The notes under the pieces: model-generated
Seen by the model: the letters and a program-made list of their open reading frames with translations, nothing else
Told to the model about the DNA's origin: nothing
Databases searched by the model: none
Program-made: the position numbers and the translations under genes
Virus record (IMG/VR): IMGVR_UViG_3300023223_000669
Span: 64,001-128,000 of that record
Direction: 5' to 3' (one strand)
DNA length: 64,000 nucleotides
From: a virus
Shown here: in pieces, positions 1 through 9,324 of the stretch
Layout of the letters: every line of letters starts with the position of its first letter
Numbering within the stretch: the first letter of the stretch is position 1

Positions 1-2
1 AT

Positions 3-143
3 TTAGCAGAGGAGCTTTCGCAGAAAAATGCACAAGCGGAAGTTGCAGACGAGATTGAACGTCTAGCGAAACTTAAAAATGATGAACTAAAGCGTTTGTT
101 GGACCTCGGCCATATTTATGGCGTTTTTGAGGAATATCAGTAA
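3..143 (+). CDS. 3' end of a hypothetical protein, truncated by the window edge
   Basis: Open frame LAEELSQK...GVFEEYQ* ends at TAA 141-143, overlapping the next ATG (TAATG). Confidence 0.6.
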   Translation, partial: LAEELSQKNAQAEVADEIERLAKLKNDELKRLLDLGHIYGVFEEYQ

Positions 144-1087
144 TGAAGATTGCTATGTTGTTTGCGAGTTGGGAGGACTACGGGGAACCTTGGAGTACGC
201 CCCAAGGCGTCAGAAATGAGTTTCTTGCTCGTGGACATGATGTGCAGGAATATAATTTGTACCATGATAATGGTAAGATAAATCCCATCAACAAGATGCA
301 CAATTATTCTAATCAAGGCATTAATCTTTTGATGAGTGATATACGTCTTGATATTTATAGACCGGATGTTATTTTTTGTATGGATTACGGACCGTGGGAT
401 GCCGTTCAATTTGACAAAAAATATTTTCCTGGTGTGATTTTAGTCAACGAGGCTGGTGATGAACCCCAGTCTCATCGTATGCAAATGCAAAAAGCCCCGA
501 GGGTACATATAATTTTGTCTCCAGACCGCCAATGCGTCGAACGTTATAAAGCGTATGGCTTTAATGCGGTTTACTGGACACACTTTGCGGACACCCGCAT
601 TTTTTATCCTCGTCCCGACGTAAACGTTGAATTCGATTGCGTGACCACATGCGGTTCGCGTGGCGGAGGTTTGACGGAGGAAATCAAAACTGCCCTCGGG
701 GAATCATTCAATAACGAACGTTACTTTCATGGCAACGAACACGCCCAACGTCTATGTATGGGCAAGATGGTGTTTCAGTGTTCTCAATTTAAAGAGGTCA
801 CTCGCCGTATCTTTGAGGGTATGGCCTGTGGCAAAATGGTGATTACTGATTGTCTTCCAGAGGAGACAGGTCTGTCAGAGGTGCTCATTGATGGCCAAGA
901 TGTCGTGTACTACAATGATGCTCAGGACGCCATCGAGAAGATTCGTTACTATGCTAGTCATGACGAGGAACGAGAAGCCATTGCCCTTAGTGGTTTGGAA
1001 AAAGTCTTAACTGAGCATTCGGTTGTTAAGAGAGTTGATGATTTTGAAGCGGCCATTGCTGCCGCAAAGGAAGCCTTATTAGTATGA
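143..1087 (+). CDS. Glycosyltransferase, GT-B fold, CgeB/Glyco_trans_1_2-like
   Basis: C-terminal RRIFEGMACGKMVITD...LIDGQDVVYY...KIRYYASHDEEREAIA...VLTEHS matches the CgeB-type motif. Confidence 0.8.
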   Translation: MKIAMLFASWEDYGEPWSTPQGVRNEFLARGHDVQEYNLYHDNGKINPINKMHNYSNQGINLLMSDIRLDIYRPDVIFCMDYGPWDAVQFDKKYFPGVILVNEAGDEPQSHRMQMQKAPRVHIILSPDRQCVERYKAYGFNAVYWTHFADTRIFYPRPDVNVEFDCVTTCGSRGGGLTEEIKTALGESFNNERYFHGNEHAQRLCMGKMVFQCSQFKEVTRRIFEGMACGKMVITDCLPEETGLSEVLIDGQDVVYYNDAQDAIEKIRYYASHDEEREAIALSGLEKVLTEHSVVKRVDDFEAAIAAAKEALLV

Positions 1088-1377
1088 AGTTTACCCCCAG
1101 ACATAATTATATCGTTTTACAGATGGACAAACCTGCCGAAGTATCAAAGCATGGTATTTTGCTACCTGAGTCTGTACGAGAAGATCGTTTGCCTGCGACC
1201 GTTTTGGCTGTTGGTCCTGGTGTACCTGCTGGCGACAAAAATGAGCTTGTTAAGATTGATGATCTCGATGTTGGTGATCGCGTTGTCTTCAATAAGTTTT
1301 CTGCGTTGGAGCTGGACGATACGGAACGTATTTATCTGATTCGTGATACGGATCTAGGATGTACTATCGATGACTAG
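1084..1377 (+). CDS. groES: Co-chaperonin GroES (Cpn10)
   Basis: FTPRHNYIVL, SKHGILLP mobile loop, VLAVGPG, VGDRVVF motifs; 97 aa. Confidence 0.9.
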   Translation: MKFTPRHNYIVLQMDKPAEVSKHGILLPESVREDRLPATVLAVGPGVPAGDKNELVKIDDLDVGDRVVFNKFSALELDDTERIYLIRDTDLGCTIDD

Positions 1378-2173
1378 TAGCGAACGACAACTTGAAGGGC
1401 AGCGATGGGATTTTAGTCGTGCTCAATATAAGGATACTGACGATGTATTCCTAGAGCCTGGATTGTTTTCTATCATTGTATTGGCCCATGGTCGCCCTAC
1501 CACTACTCGTCAGTCTATTCTGTCCACCCTTGATTCTCTTCGTATGTACGATGAAGAAATCGAATGGATCTTCATTGAAAATGGTGGGTCGGAAGCCAAT
1601 TACGTTTTCTTTCAAGGACTTAATCTTGAACGTAAGGTTATTGTGCGGCAAAAGAATTTTGGAATAAACGAGGCACTCAATCAGGGCTGGGCCCTCTCGC
1701 GTGGTGAGTATTGTTTCATTCATGAGAATGACTGGGTAGCAACGCGAGAAGCGAACTTCCTGCAATACGCCAAGGAGATTTTCGAGGAGAAACAGAACGT
1801 GGGTATCATTCAGTTGAGAGATCCTTTGGATCCCCACGAGAATCATGGTAGCGGAAAGCCTTTTTTCAATCCTTGGAGTTGTCGTTCTGAAGTATTAGAA
1901 CGTGCCAAAGTCAAAATCTGGAAGGAGACAACTAAGAGTGGTCATACTTATATGATCTCTGAGTTTCCTAATGGTTTCTGTAACAATCCGATGATCATGA
2001 GAAAGAGTGTATATCGTGAGTGCGGTCCTTATCCTGAAGCTGAATTAGGTTGCGATCCCCGGCACGGGGAGAGCCTTTATCAAGAACGTGTTGCAAAACT
2101 GGGGTGTGCCATTGCCCATATTGGCATGCCGCTGTATTGGCATATGGGCAGAGTACAAACACAAGTGGTCTAA
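1370..2173 (+). CDS. Glycosyltransferase family 2 (GT-A)
   Basis: FSIIVLAHGR, EWIFIENGG, NFGINEALNQG, SRGEYCFIHEND (DXD-like). Confidence 0.8.
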   Translation: MTSSERQLEGQRWDFSRAQYKDTDDVFLEPGLFSIIVLAHGRPTTTRQSILSTLDSLRMYDEEIEWIFIENGGSEANYVFFQGLNLERKVIVRQKNFGINEALNQGWALSRGEYCFIHENDWVATREANFLQYAKEIFEEKQNVGIIQLRDPLDPHENHGSGKPFFNPWSCRSEVLERAKVKIWKETTKSGHTYMISEFPNGFCNNPMIMRKSVYRECGPYPEAELGCDPRHGESLYQERVAKLGCAIAHIGMPLYWHMGRVQTQVV

Positions 2174-2183
2174 GGAGAATAAA

Positions 2184-2456
2184 ATGAATTATGTAGAAAC
2201 GATTGGTAATATACAACTGTTTGGTAACGAAGTTAACGGCAATTATTACGTGGGTGATCCTTTACCGGAGCAGCCTGCTAATAATTTTACTATTACGACT
2301 ACCCCCTGGACATATGGTTGTTGGCATGTAACAAAGTCTGCCCGCGAACAAGTCCAAGAAGAAATTCTCACCAAGATGGCAGAAGCTATCGAAGGTGATG
2401 ATTTGAAGAAAGCTCGCAAGCTGGTTAAGCTCGCGAAAGCCCTGAAGGAACTATAA
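2184..2456 (+). CDS. Hypothetical protein
   Basis: Start re-assigned to ATG 2184 behind AAGGAG RBS, in frame with ORF 2088..2456. Confidence 0.65.
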   Translation: MNYVETIGNIQLFGNEVNGNYYVGDPLPEQPANNFTITTTPWTYGCWHVTKSAREQVQEEILTKMAEAIEGDDLKKARKLVKLAKALKEL

Positions 2457-2457
2457 A

Positions 2458-2718
2458 ATGGTATTACAATCTGGTATTAGAGTAAGAGTGGATGGTCAAG
2501 AAGCCACTGTTGAACTGTCATGGGCCTCTGGTAAGCATACGCAAACTACGCTTAGTGACGGTCGTACAATTGTTGATCTCGAAAAGGCTATTGCTGATGG
2601 TGACGCACAAGTACTTGATGCTGCACCCGCACCCGAACCAAGTATTTGGCATCGTAGTCGTGTGACTGAGAAAGAGATCGAGCGTCTTCCTACGGAAGAC
2701 GAAGACCTGGAGGAATAG
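2458..2718 (+). CDS. Hypothetical acidic protein
   Basis: 86-aa ORF tightly packed between neighbours. Confidence 0.6.
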   Translation: MVLQSGIRVRVDGQEATVELSWASGKHTQTTLSDGRTIVDLEKAIADGDAQVLDAAPAPEPSIWHRSRVTEKEIERLPTEDEDLEE

Positions 2719-2720
2719 AT

Positions 2721-2888
2721 ATGGATTTTACTAAAGAAGAATTAAAGATTATTAGTGCCGCATTGCATTCTGTCATGGCCTCTTCTTGGGCATATGTCCC
2801 AGATAGAGATTTTATTGCACGAGTAGATCGTGTTCGTGTCAAAGCATATCAAATGGCCAATGAGGAACTTGTAGTATCTGAGGGCTAA
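2721..2888 (+). CDS. Small hypothetical protein (55 aa, absent from ORF track)
   Basis: GGAGGA RBS at 2709-2714, ATG 2721, MDFTKEELKIIS...VVSEG*; fills the gap. Confidence 0.6.
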   Translation: MDFTKEELKIISAALHSVMASSWAYVPDRDFIARVDRVRVKAYQMANEELVVSEG

Positions 2889-2890
2889 TT

Positions 2891-3409
2891 TTGGACACTA
2901 AACAATGTACTCGTTGTCGTGAGACAAAGACGCTATCTCATTTTAGCCATGACAATAGACGCAACAGGGCCGGCCTTAAAAGCTGGTGCAAACAGTGTTG
3001 TGCAGGTTATATAGCACAAAATAAAATGAGACATGCTGATTATACAAAGATAAGTAGGATGAAGTACAGGAGTGAATGGCTTGCGTTCTTTGAGTCTGTT
3101 TATGGAGAGGACCCTATATGTCAGGTATGTGGCACAGACTTAGCATGGTATTCTGATCACAGAGCAGATGGTAGATATGTAGTAAATTTTGACCATAGAC
3201 ATGGCGGTGAAGCATCTATCAAGGGACCTCCTGCTTCTTGGTGGGGCAGTCATGCATGTACGTTAGAAAATCAGAAGACTTGGTTAGAATGTGATTTTGG
3301 TATTCTATGTGGTAGATGTAATAGTTGTTTGCCTACCATGGGTCGTGGTGAGTGGCTACAAAAGGCATTGAGATATTATGGTTATTCCGAAACCAGTTCT
3401 TATAATTGA
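2891..3409 (+). CDS. Free-standing endonuclease VII/HNH-like homing endonuclease
   Basis: N-terminal CxxC..KxxxxF..CxxC zinc finger; VNFDHRHG...ILCGRCN core; TTG start uncertain. Confidence 0.75.
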   Translation: MDTKQCTRCRETKTLSHFSHDNRRNRAGLKSWCKQCCAGYIAQNKMRHADYTKISRMKYRSEWLAFFESVYGEDPICQVCGTDLAWYSDHRADGRYVVNFDHRHGGEASIKGPPASWWGSHACTLENQKTWLECDFGILCGRCNSCLPTMGRGEWLQKALRYYGYSETSSYN

Positions 3410-3866
3410 CACGAGGGAAAAGTATCCGTGGGATTTCGAAGGAGATCAAGCCTTCGAAGATGTCCGTTATGAGAAACTTGACGCGGGGGACTATAGTATA
3501 GAGGGTCTTGAGGATATTATCGTGATCGAGCGTAAGGCCACGGTAGATGAGTTGTTCGCGAATTTCACCAAAGACAAGAAGAGGATTATCGCTGAATTCG
3601 AACGCCTCAAGAATCATCGTTTCAAGATTATTGTCGTGGAGGAAACCTGTGACGATATCATGAATCCTAATAAGTACTACGTGAACAAGAAGAAAATCAA
3701 TCGCAAAAGTCCCAAGATGCCAGTAGCGGTTGTCACTTCTAACTTAACGAAGCTAATGCTAGAGCATGATGTTCACATCATCTATGGTGGCATGAGAGCC
3801 CAGGCGATGGCTAAAGGTATTCTGTTGCACGCATACGATTTACACCGGAAAGGGAAACTACTATGA
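3378..3866 (+). CDS. ERCC4 (XPF/Mus81)-domain structure-specific nuclease
   Basis: IIDTRE, LDAGDYSI, IVIERKA, IVVEE motifs. Confidence 0.85.
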   Translation: MVIPKPVLIIDTREKYPWDFEGDQAFEDVRYEKLDAGDYSIEGLEDIIVIERKATVDELFANFTKDKKRIIAEFERLKNHRFKIIVVEETCDDIMNPNKYYVNKKKINRKSPKMPVAVVTSNLTKLMLEHDVHIIYGGMRAQAMAKGILLHAYDLHRKGKLL

Positions 3867-5911
3867 GAGCAACAGAAGTAAAGAAGCTCCGTGGGTCTCC
3901 CTGGAAAACAGAGTGGGAAGTTGAAGACATTAAGCAAATCTTCCATGAGGCAGGACCGTTTGAAGGTCTCTATCACATGGCGTCTTTCAACATGGCGTGG
4001 TTTGTTGAAAAGGTCTTTAATAACCAACAAGGAAAGCCCTTGCGGTTGGAGTCTTTCCAACAAGTCATGTTCGATCTTCTATGGTACAAGAAATTCCCCA
4101 TGCTTCTGGCTGCCCGTGGTGCTGGCAAGACGTTCATCTTAGCCTTATATGCACTGGTGGTAGCTATACTAAAGCCTGGTTCCAAGATCGTGATTGTTGG
4201 CTCTGGTTTCCGTCAGGCTAAGCTTGTATTCAAGTATATCGAACAGCTATACGAGGCCAGTCCATTGGTCAAGGAAGCCATATCACACTGGGGCGGTCCC
4301 AAGTTTGGATCGGATGCAGCCACGTTACGTGTTGGCCTATCTATGATTCAAGCTATCCCTATTGGTGATGGTCAGAAGATTAGAGGTATGCGAGCAACCG
4401 TATTGATTGCTGACGAATTTGCGTCTATCCCCGAAGACATCTTCGATATCGTTATCGAACCTTTCACCGCCGTTCACATGAATCCTGCCGAGCGTGCAGC
4501 TCAAAAGAGATTTGTGAAACGACTGGAAGCACTTGGAGCGGACCCGGGGCTCATCAATATTATTGAGAGCACACAGGGATTTGGTAACCAAGTTATCCTC
4601 TCGGGGACTCCTAGCTATAAACATAACCATTTCTACAAGAGGTGGACTATTTACTTGGCGTTCATTAGGTCGAAAGGCGATCCACAAAAGCTCAAGCACG
4701 CTCTCGAAGAGAGACAACTGGCATCTACTGGTAAACTAGTAGACATCAGTGATGATGATGTAGCACACGCAGAGGTGTCGTGGCATCACTATGCTATCTA
4801 TCAACTTCCATACACGGCTTTGCCAGAAGGCTTTATGGAAGAAGATATCATTCGCAAGGCGAAAGCTACATATCCTGCTCACAGGTTCGACATGGAATAC
4901 ATGTCGTTGTTCCCAGATGACACCGATGGTTTCATCAGGCGTTCTTGGATCGATGAAGCGACACCTAAGGGGCCAGACCATATTCCTGTTGCGGTAGAGC
5001 TATACGGCAATCCTCGTGACACATACGTTATGGGTGTTGACCCGGCTCGTTTCAATGACAACTTGGGCGTGGTAGTTTTCAAGCTGACAGATCGTGGACG
5101 AGAGCTTGTCTATTGTCAAGCATGGGATCGTACAGAGTTCAGTGTTTCTGCTCGACGTATTAGAGAGATCGTGAATAGGTTTCATATCGAGTACATCGTC
5201 ATGGACAAAGGTGGCGGCGGAGAAGACATACGTGAGTGGCTATGTAAGAAGGTAGACGATATAGAACCTAAAGATTTCATCTGGGTCATCCCGGAGCAAA
5301 TGGAGAAGTTTACTGGATCCAAGGCTAACATGTCGGCTCCTGGTCGCAAGATTCTTGAAATGGTTGATTTCACGCCCGCCTGGATTTCGCAAGCAGCCCA
5401 CGGTGTTGAGTCTAACATCCAGCAATGCCACATCCTATTCCCTGATCGTGCAGACGACAATAGGATCTATGACCAATACGTGCGTCATTTTGGCTTAGAT
5501 ACTATCAAAGAAGGCGAGAAGGAAATGTTACAGCGAGACCTCTGGGGTTTGGACGAATGGGAGGCTGAGCAGATTGCTGACCAGACGGGCGAGAAGACTC
5601 AGCGTGCATTCGGTGTCATGCAAAACATCTTTGAATGCATGAACGAAACCTGTGCAATCATGAGAAACGTAAGTCCTAAGGGCACAGAGAGCTTTGAATT
5701 ACCCAAATTGGCAGAACAGCCCGAAGGACTTGACATGCGTCGTCGTGACCGTTGGTCAGCCCTGATGCTGGCTAATTTTGCGGCTAAAGTGCGTTTGGGC
5801 ACGGGTCACCAGCCTAAGCACAATCCTGGCGTGGTGCCCAACATGGGTGGTCGTCGCGGCGGCAGCTACACAAGTCGTGGTGCTCATCGCAAGGGATCTG
5901 TCGCGTACTAG
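3863..5911 (+). CDS. terL: Terminase large subunit
   Basis: Walker A ARGAGKT, Walker B LIADEF, IRGMRA, nuclease MGVDPAR and RRDRWSA; directly upstream of portal. Confidence 0.92.
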   Translation: MRATEVKKLRGSPWKTEWEVEDIKQIFHEAGPFEGLYHMASFNMAWFVEKVFNNQQGKPLRLESFQQVMFDLLWYKKFPMLLAARGAGKTFILALYALVVAILKPGSKIVIVGSGFRQAKLVFKYIEQLYEASPLVKEAISHWGGPKFGSDAATLRVGLSMIQAIPIGDGQKIRGMRATVLIADEFASIPEDIFDIVIEPFTAVHMNPAERAAQKRFVKRLEALGADPGLINIIESTQGFGNQVILSGTPSYKHNHFYKRWTIYLAFIRSKGDPQKLKHALEERQLASTGKLVDISDDDVAHAEVSWHHYAIYQLPYTALPEGFMEEDIIRKAKATYPAHRFDMEYMSLFPDDTDGFIRRSWIDEATPKGPDHIPVAVELYGNPRDTYVMGVDPARFNDNLGVVVFKLTDRGRELVYCQAWDRTEFSVSARRIREIVNRFHIEYIVMDKGGGGEDIREWLCKKVDDIEPKDFIWVIPEQMEKFTGSKANMSAPGRKILEMVDFTPAWISQAAHGVESNIQQCHILFPDRADDNRIYDQYVRHFGLDTIKEGEKEMLQRDLWGLDEWEAEQIADQTGEKTQRAFGVMQNIFECMNETCAIMRNVSPKGTESFELPKLAEQPEGLDMRRRDRWSALMLANFAAKVRLGTGHQPKHNPGVVPNMGGRRGGSYTSRGAHRKGSVAY

Positions 5912-5916
5912 GAATC

Positions 5917-5927
5917 TTAGTGTATTA
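5917..5927 (+). promoter_or_regulatory. Putative late promoter TTAGTGTATTA
   Basis: Repeated boundary motif (eight copies seen). Confidence 0.65.
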
Positions 5928-5970
5928 GATACCTGGAGCAATCAAGCCGCAATATAATCGCCCTGACGTT

Positions 5971-6372
5971 ATGAAAACCTGCATTCTCTGTCATACTAAG
6001 TTTAAACGATACGTCATGGTCGATGGCAAAAAGCTGGATTTAAGTAGTAGACGAAGATGTTTGATATGTAGTCCGTTTGATGGCAAGACAGGACCACGTA
6101 AATTGACTCCTGACGAAAAGAAGCTATCTATACGCAAATCAGATTTGAAGCGTCTTTATGGCATTACACTTGAAGATTTTGAGAACATGCAGGCTCGACA
6201 GAATAACAAGTGTGCCATCTGCGGAGTGGATCCTCCTGAGAGCAATAAGCGTCGTCTATCCATTGATCATTGCCATATCACTGGCGATATTCGTGGCCTT
6301 CTCTGTACTCGCTGTAATACCATGTTGGGATGGTTTGAGACTAATCGTGAAGCCGTAGAGAGTTATCTATAA
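5971..6372 (+). CDS. Free-standing endonuclease VII-like homing endonuclease
   Basis: LKRLYGITLEDF..M...Q...CAICG...LSIDHCHITGDIRGLLCTRCNTMLG. Confidence 0.85.
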   Translation: MKTCILCHTKFKRYVMVDGKKLDLSSRRRCLICSPFDGKTGPRKLTPDEKKLSIRKSDLKRLYGITLEDFENMQARQNNKCAICGVDPPESNKRRLSIDHCHITGDIRGLLCTRCNTMLGWFETNREAVESYL

Positions 6373-8807
6373 TGACACGAAATAAAGCGAACGCTGATAG
6401 ACAAGTACGTGAGGACGCTATTTCACGTACTGCCGGTGCTGATTCCATGCTGACAGCCACGTCTCGTGCGAATGATACAGCCCGCAGTAAAGCTTATTTT
6501 TACGGCAACCTTGGCGATAGTGTCGAACGCCGAATGGGTGGCGGCGATCATCTATTAGGCGGAGGCAACGATAGTTTCGATGGGGCGTTTGGTCCTAATT
6601 CCTCATGGCAAGCCCAGGGATTTGGTAACTATTTTGGTACCGGCCTAATTAACGGCTATGGCCGGATGAACTCTGGCATTCACAGCGGCGGCGGTGGTGG
6701 CTTTACCTACCTTCGCCGTTTTTCTTCTAACTCTGTTTTCAATCACCAGCTTATCTCTCAGTGTATGCTGGCGTATCTAGGTTATGGTGTAGTTAGAAAC
6801 ATCATCGACCTGTACTCGGACTTTGCCACCGAGGGCATCTCAATCGATCACCCCGACGAGAGTGTTCGGAATTTCTACAAGACGTGGGCCACAAAGGTTG
6901 ATCTGCGTGATCGTGTCCATAGTCTGTTCCTTAATTTGTTCGTGTCGGGCAATGTGTTTGTTCACCGTCGCTGGGCAACCCTCTCTACTCAAGAGAAGAG
7001 AGCGATGAAGTCCGCTCAGGGGGCTGAGAATATCAATGACATGCTCATCATTCGTGGCAACTCAAAAGACACAACTATCGAGGGCCGCGAGGGTGGTTTT
7101 ATTGATTGGTTTTTAGAGCAGAAAGAAATCCATCTAAGCGACGATGATAAGAATGGTAAGGCAATAGGCAAAGCCCCTGAGTCTCCTCAGGATGAGCAGA
7201 TGCCCAAGAACCCCAAGAAGAGAATCCCCTGGGGGTACACTTTCTTGAATCCGCTCCAGATGGAACTACGTGGCCGTAAGCTGCGTGGCGACCATTACTG
7301 GATTATGGCCATCGACAAGCGAGACACGCTTGATTTTGCTCGTGGCATCGGGTTCTACAGTAGCTACAATCAAGACCTAGGTACGACAGAGATGAACTTG
7401 CCTAAAGAGTTCCTTAATCGTATCCAGCGTTACTCGGGGCCGGGTGCAGGGTATTCCGCCGAAGTTAAGTTGAGTCGCGAGGAGCTGTCTGTATTACAAG
7501 CTCCCGGTAAGTGGGATTGGTTCGATTGGGCCGTCCCGTTCTGCTACCCGGCCCTGCGTGCGTTGTCCTTCAAGGACTGCATTCGCAATATGGAGATGAA
7601 GGCATGCCAGTCTGTTATCAACTCTATTTTCCTTTTCAAGCTAGGTAACATCGAGAAAGGTATGCCAGCCGAGGACGAGCATTTTGAACGTCTTGCGGAT
7701 ATGCTGCAAATGCCGGGCCAGGCCCTCAATATCCTTTGGAACGAAGCTATTGAAGCCGATGTGATTCAGGCTGACGTTAAAGGTATCTTTGACGATGGTA
7801 AGCATCAGTCTGCCGACAAGGACATCTTGACCGCCCTTGGTATCCCCGAAGTGCTTATCGGCGGCAAGGGTGGCAATTTCTCCAATTCGTTTATTGCGGT
7901 TTCAACCGTGCTTGAGCGTTTGGAGTCGTATCGTAATAAAGTTCATGCTTGGTTGATGAATGAGTTGAAGATCATCGCTGATTCGATGGGCTTCAAAAAG
8001 CTACCGACAGTTCGTTTCGGTCGTACGAGTTTGAAGGATGAGAAATCTCACCAAGCATTCATGACTGGACTGTATGACCGTGGTATCCTCTCTGCTGATA
8101 GTCTTCTGACCGAAGGTGGTACAACCGCCGAGATTGAAGCTTCCAAAATGAAGGAAGAGAAGAAGAAGTACAAGGAGAAGGATATCTTTGAGCCGAAAGG
8201 TCCGTTTGTCAAAGATCCTAAGCCAGTACCCGGCACGCCGGGTGCTAAGCCGCCGGGTGGTGCAACCAAACCGAAGCCCAAGACGCCAAATGGTCGTCCT
8301 ACCAATACGAGTACTGGGCCCACTGGTAAGCAAAGCAACCCGCGTGGTCCCAAGGGACAGAATGTTGCATTCATTCTTGAAACGCAAGAAATTCTGTTGC
8401 GTCGTGGGCGAGCCATGCTCGATCAATTAGAAACATTCATTAGTGACCGTGTGCTGTCTTCAAAGGCTCGCGAGAATCCAAATTTGAGACATGTCAAGAA
8501 TTTGCGTGCTCAAGAACGTGAGCGACTGGAATGGTTGATCTACAACGTGTTCAGTCATATGCCACCACCGCCGGATGAGGAAGTCAAACTCAAGGATGAC
8601 TTCATTGTGAATATGCTCCGCTCTGATGCCTGTGAAGATGTCAAAGTAGATGTGTTTAGCACCTACACGGACAAGGTGGTTGAGTACAGTAAGACATATG
8701 GGAAGTCGCCCACACGCGAGATGCGTAGACAGTTTATGGTATCCGCCTGGACTCAACAGGCGATCATGCAGCATGTTGCTGAAAAACCTGATATTCTTAG
8801 TCTATGA
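6372..8807 (+). CDS. Portal protein with N- and C-terminal extensions
   Basis: Position after TerL; VVRNIIDLYSDF, LGIPEVLIGG..GNFS, GILSADSLL resemble SPbeta-like portals; Pro/Lys GRP linker. Confidence 0.8.
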   Translation: MTRNKANADRQVREDAISRTAGADSMLTATSRANDTARSKAYFYGNLGDSVERRMGGGDHLLGGGNDSFDGAFGPNSSWQAQGFGNYFGTGLINGYGRMNSGIHSGGGGGFTYLRRFSSNSVFNHQLISQCMLAYLGYGVVRNIIDLYSDFATEGISIDHPDESVRNFYKTWATKVDLRDRVHSLFLNLFVSGNVFVHRRWATLSTQEKRAMKSAQGAENINDMLIIRGNSKDTTIEGREGGFIDWFLEQKEIHLSDDDKNGKAIGKAPESPQDEQMPKNPKKRIPWGYTFLNPLQMELRGRKLRGDHYWIMAIDKRDTLDFARGIGFYSSYNQDLGTTEMNLPKEFLNRIQRYSGPGAGYSAEVKLSREELSVLQAPGKWDWFDWAVPFCYPALRALSFKDCIRNMEMKACQSVINSIFLFKLGNIEKGMPAEDEHFERLADMLQMPGQALNILWNEAIEADVIQADVKGIFDDGKHQSADKDILTALGIPEVLIGGKGGNFSNSFIAVSTVLERLESYRNKVHAWLMNELKIIADSMGFKKLPTVRFGRTSLKDEKSHQAFMTGLYDRGILSADSLLTEGGTTAEIEASKMKEEKKKYKEKDIFEPKGPFVKDPKPVPGTPGAKPPGGATKPKPKTPNGRPTNTSTGPTGKQSNPRGPKGQNVAFILETQEILLRRGRAMLDQLETFISDRVLSSKARENPNLRHVKNLRAQERERLEWLIYNVFSHMPPPPDEEVKLKDDFIVNMLRSDACEDVKVDVFSTYTDKVVEYSKTYGKSPTREMRRQFMVSAWTQQAIMQHVAEKPDILSL

Positions 8808-9316
8808 ACAAACTCTGTAATGGATGTGACACCATTAAACCGGCAGATGAGTTTCGAAAAGACAGAAGAAACAAATCTGGTTTGGGTTCTCGGTGTTTAG
8901 AATGTTGTCGATCCTATGATCGCAGCGAAAAGGCAAAGGCAGCATTACGAACTTATCGTAAGACTCCTGAAGGCAAGTTAGCATCTAAGCGTTTTCGACA
9001 GTCGGATAACGGCCGTTTAGCACGTTTGCGGTGTCACTATCGTCGTAGAGATCGTCAATGCAATCTTAATACATATCTTTCAAGTGAAGATATAAAATAT
9101 ATTCGACTGCGTTTTGATAATCAATGCTTTAAATGTGGCGACAAAGATGATCTTACCATTGATCATCATCGTCCTCTGGGCCGTGGATATGGCCTGTCGG
9201 TGAATAATGCTGTTTTACTTTGTCGTTCGTGTAATAGCAGCAAAGGTATTCGCATGCCATGGGACTTCTACGCTCCTGAGGAACTAGAGTACCTAAGTAG
9301 CCTATCGTTAGTGTAA
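8804..9316 (+). CDS. Free-standing HNH endonuclease
   Basis: N-terminal zinc finger; CFKCG...LTIDHHRPL...NAVLLCRSCNSSKG. Confidence 0.85.
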   Translation: MNKLCNGCDTIKPADEFRKDRRNKSGLGSRCLECCRSYDRSEKAKAALRTYRKTPEGKLASKRFRQSDNGRLARLRCHYRRRDRQCNLNTYLSSEDIKYIRLRFDNQCFKCGDKDDLTIDHHRPLGRGYGLSVNNAVLLCRSCNSSKGIRMPWDFYAPEELEYLSSLSLV

Positions 9317-9318
9317 TA
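9308..9318 (+). promoter_or_regulatory. Putative late promoter TTAGTGTAATA, inside the last codons of the HNH gene
   Basis: One-base variant of the repeated motif; ATG follows at 9325. Confidence 0.55.
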
Positions 9319-9324
9319 TGAGTT

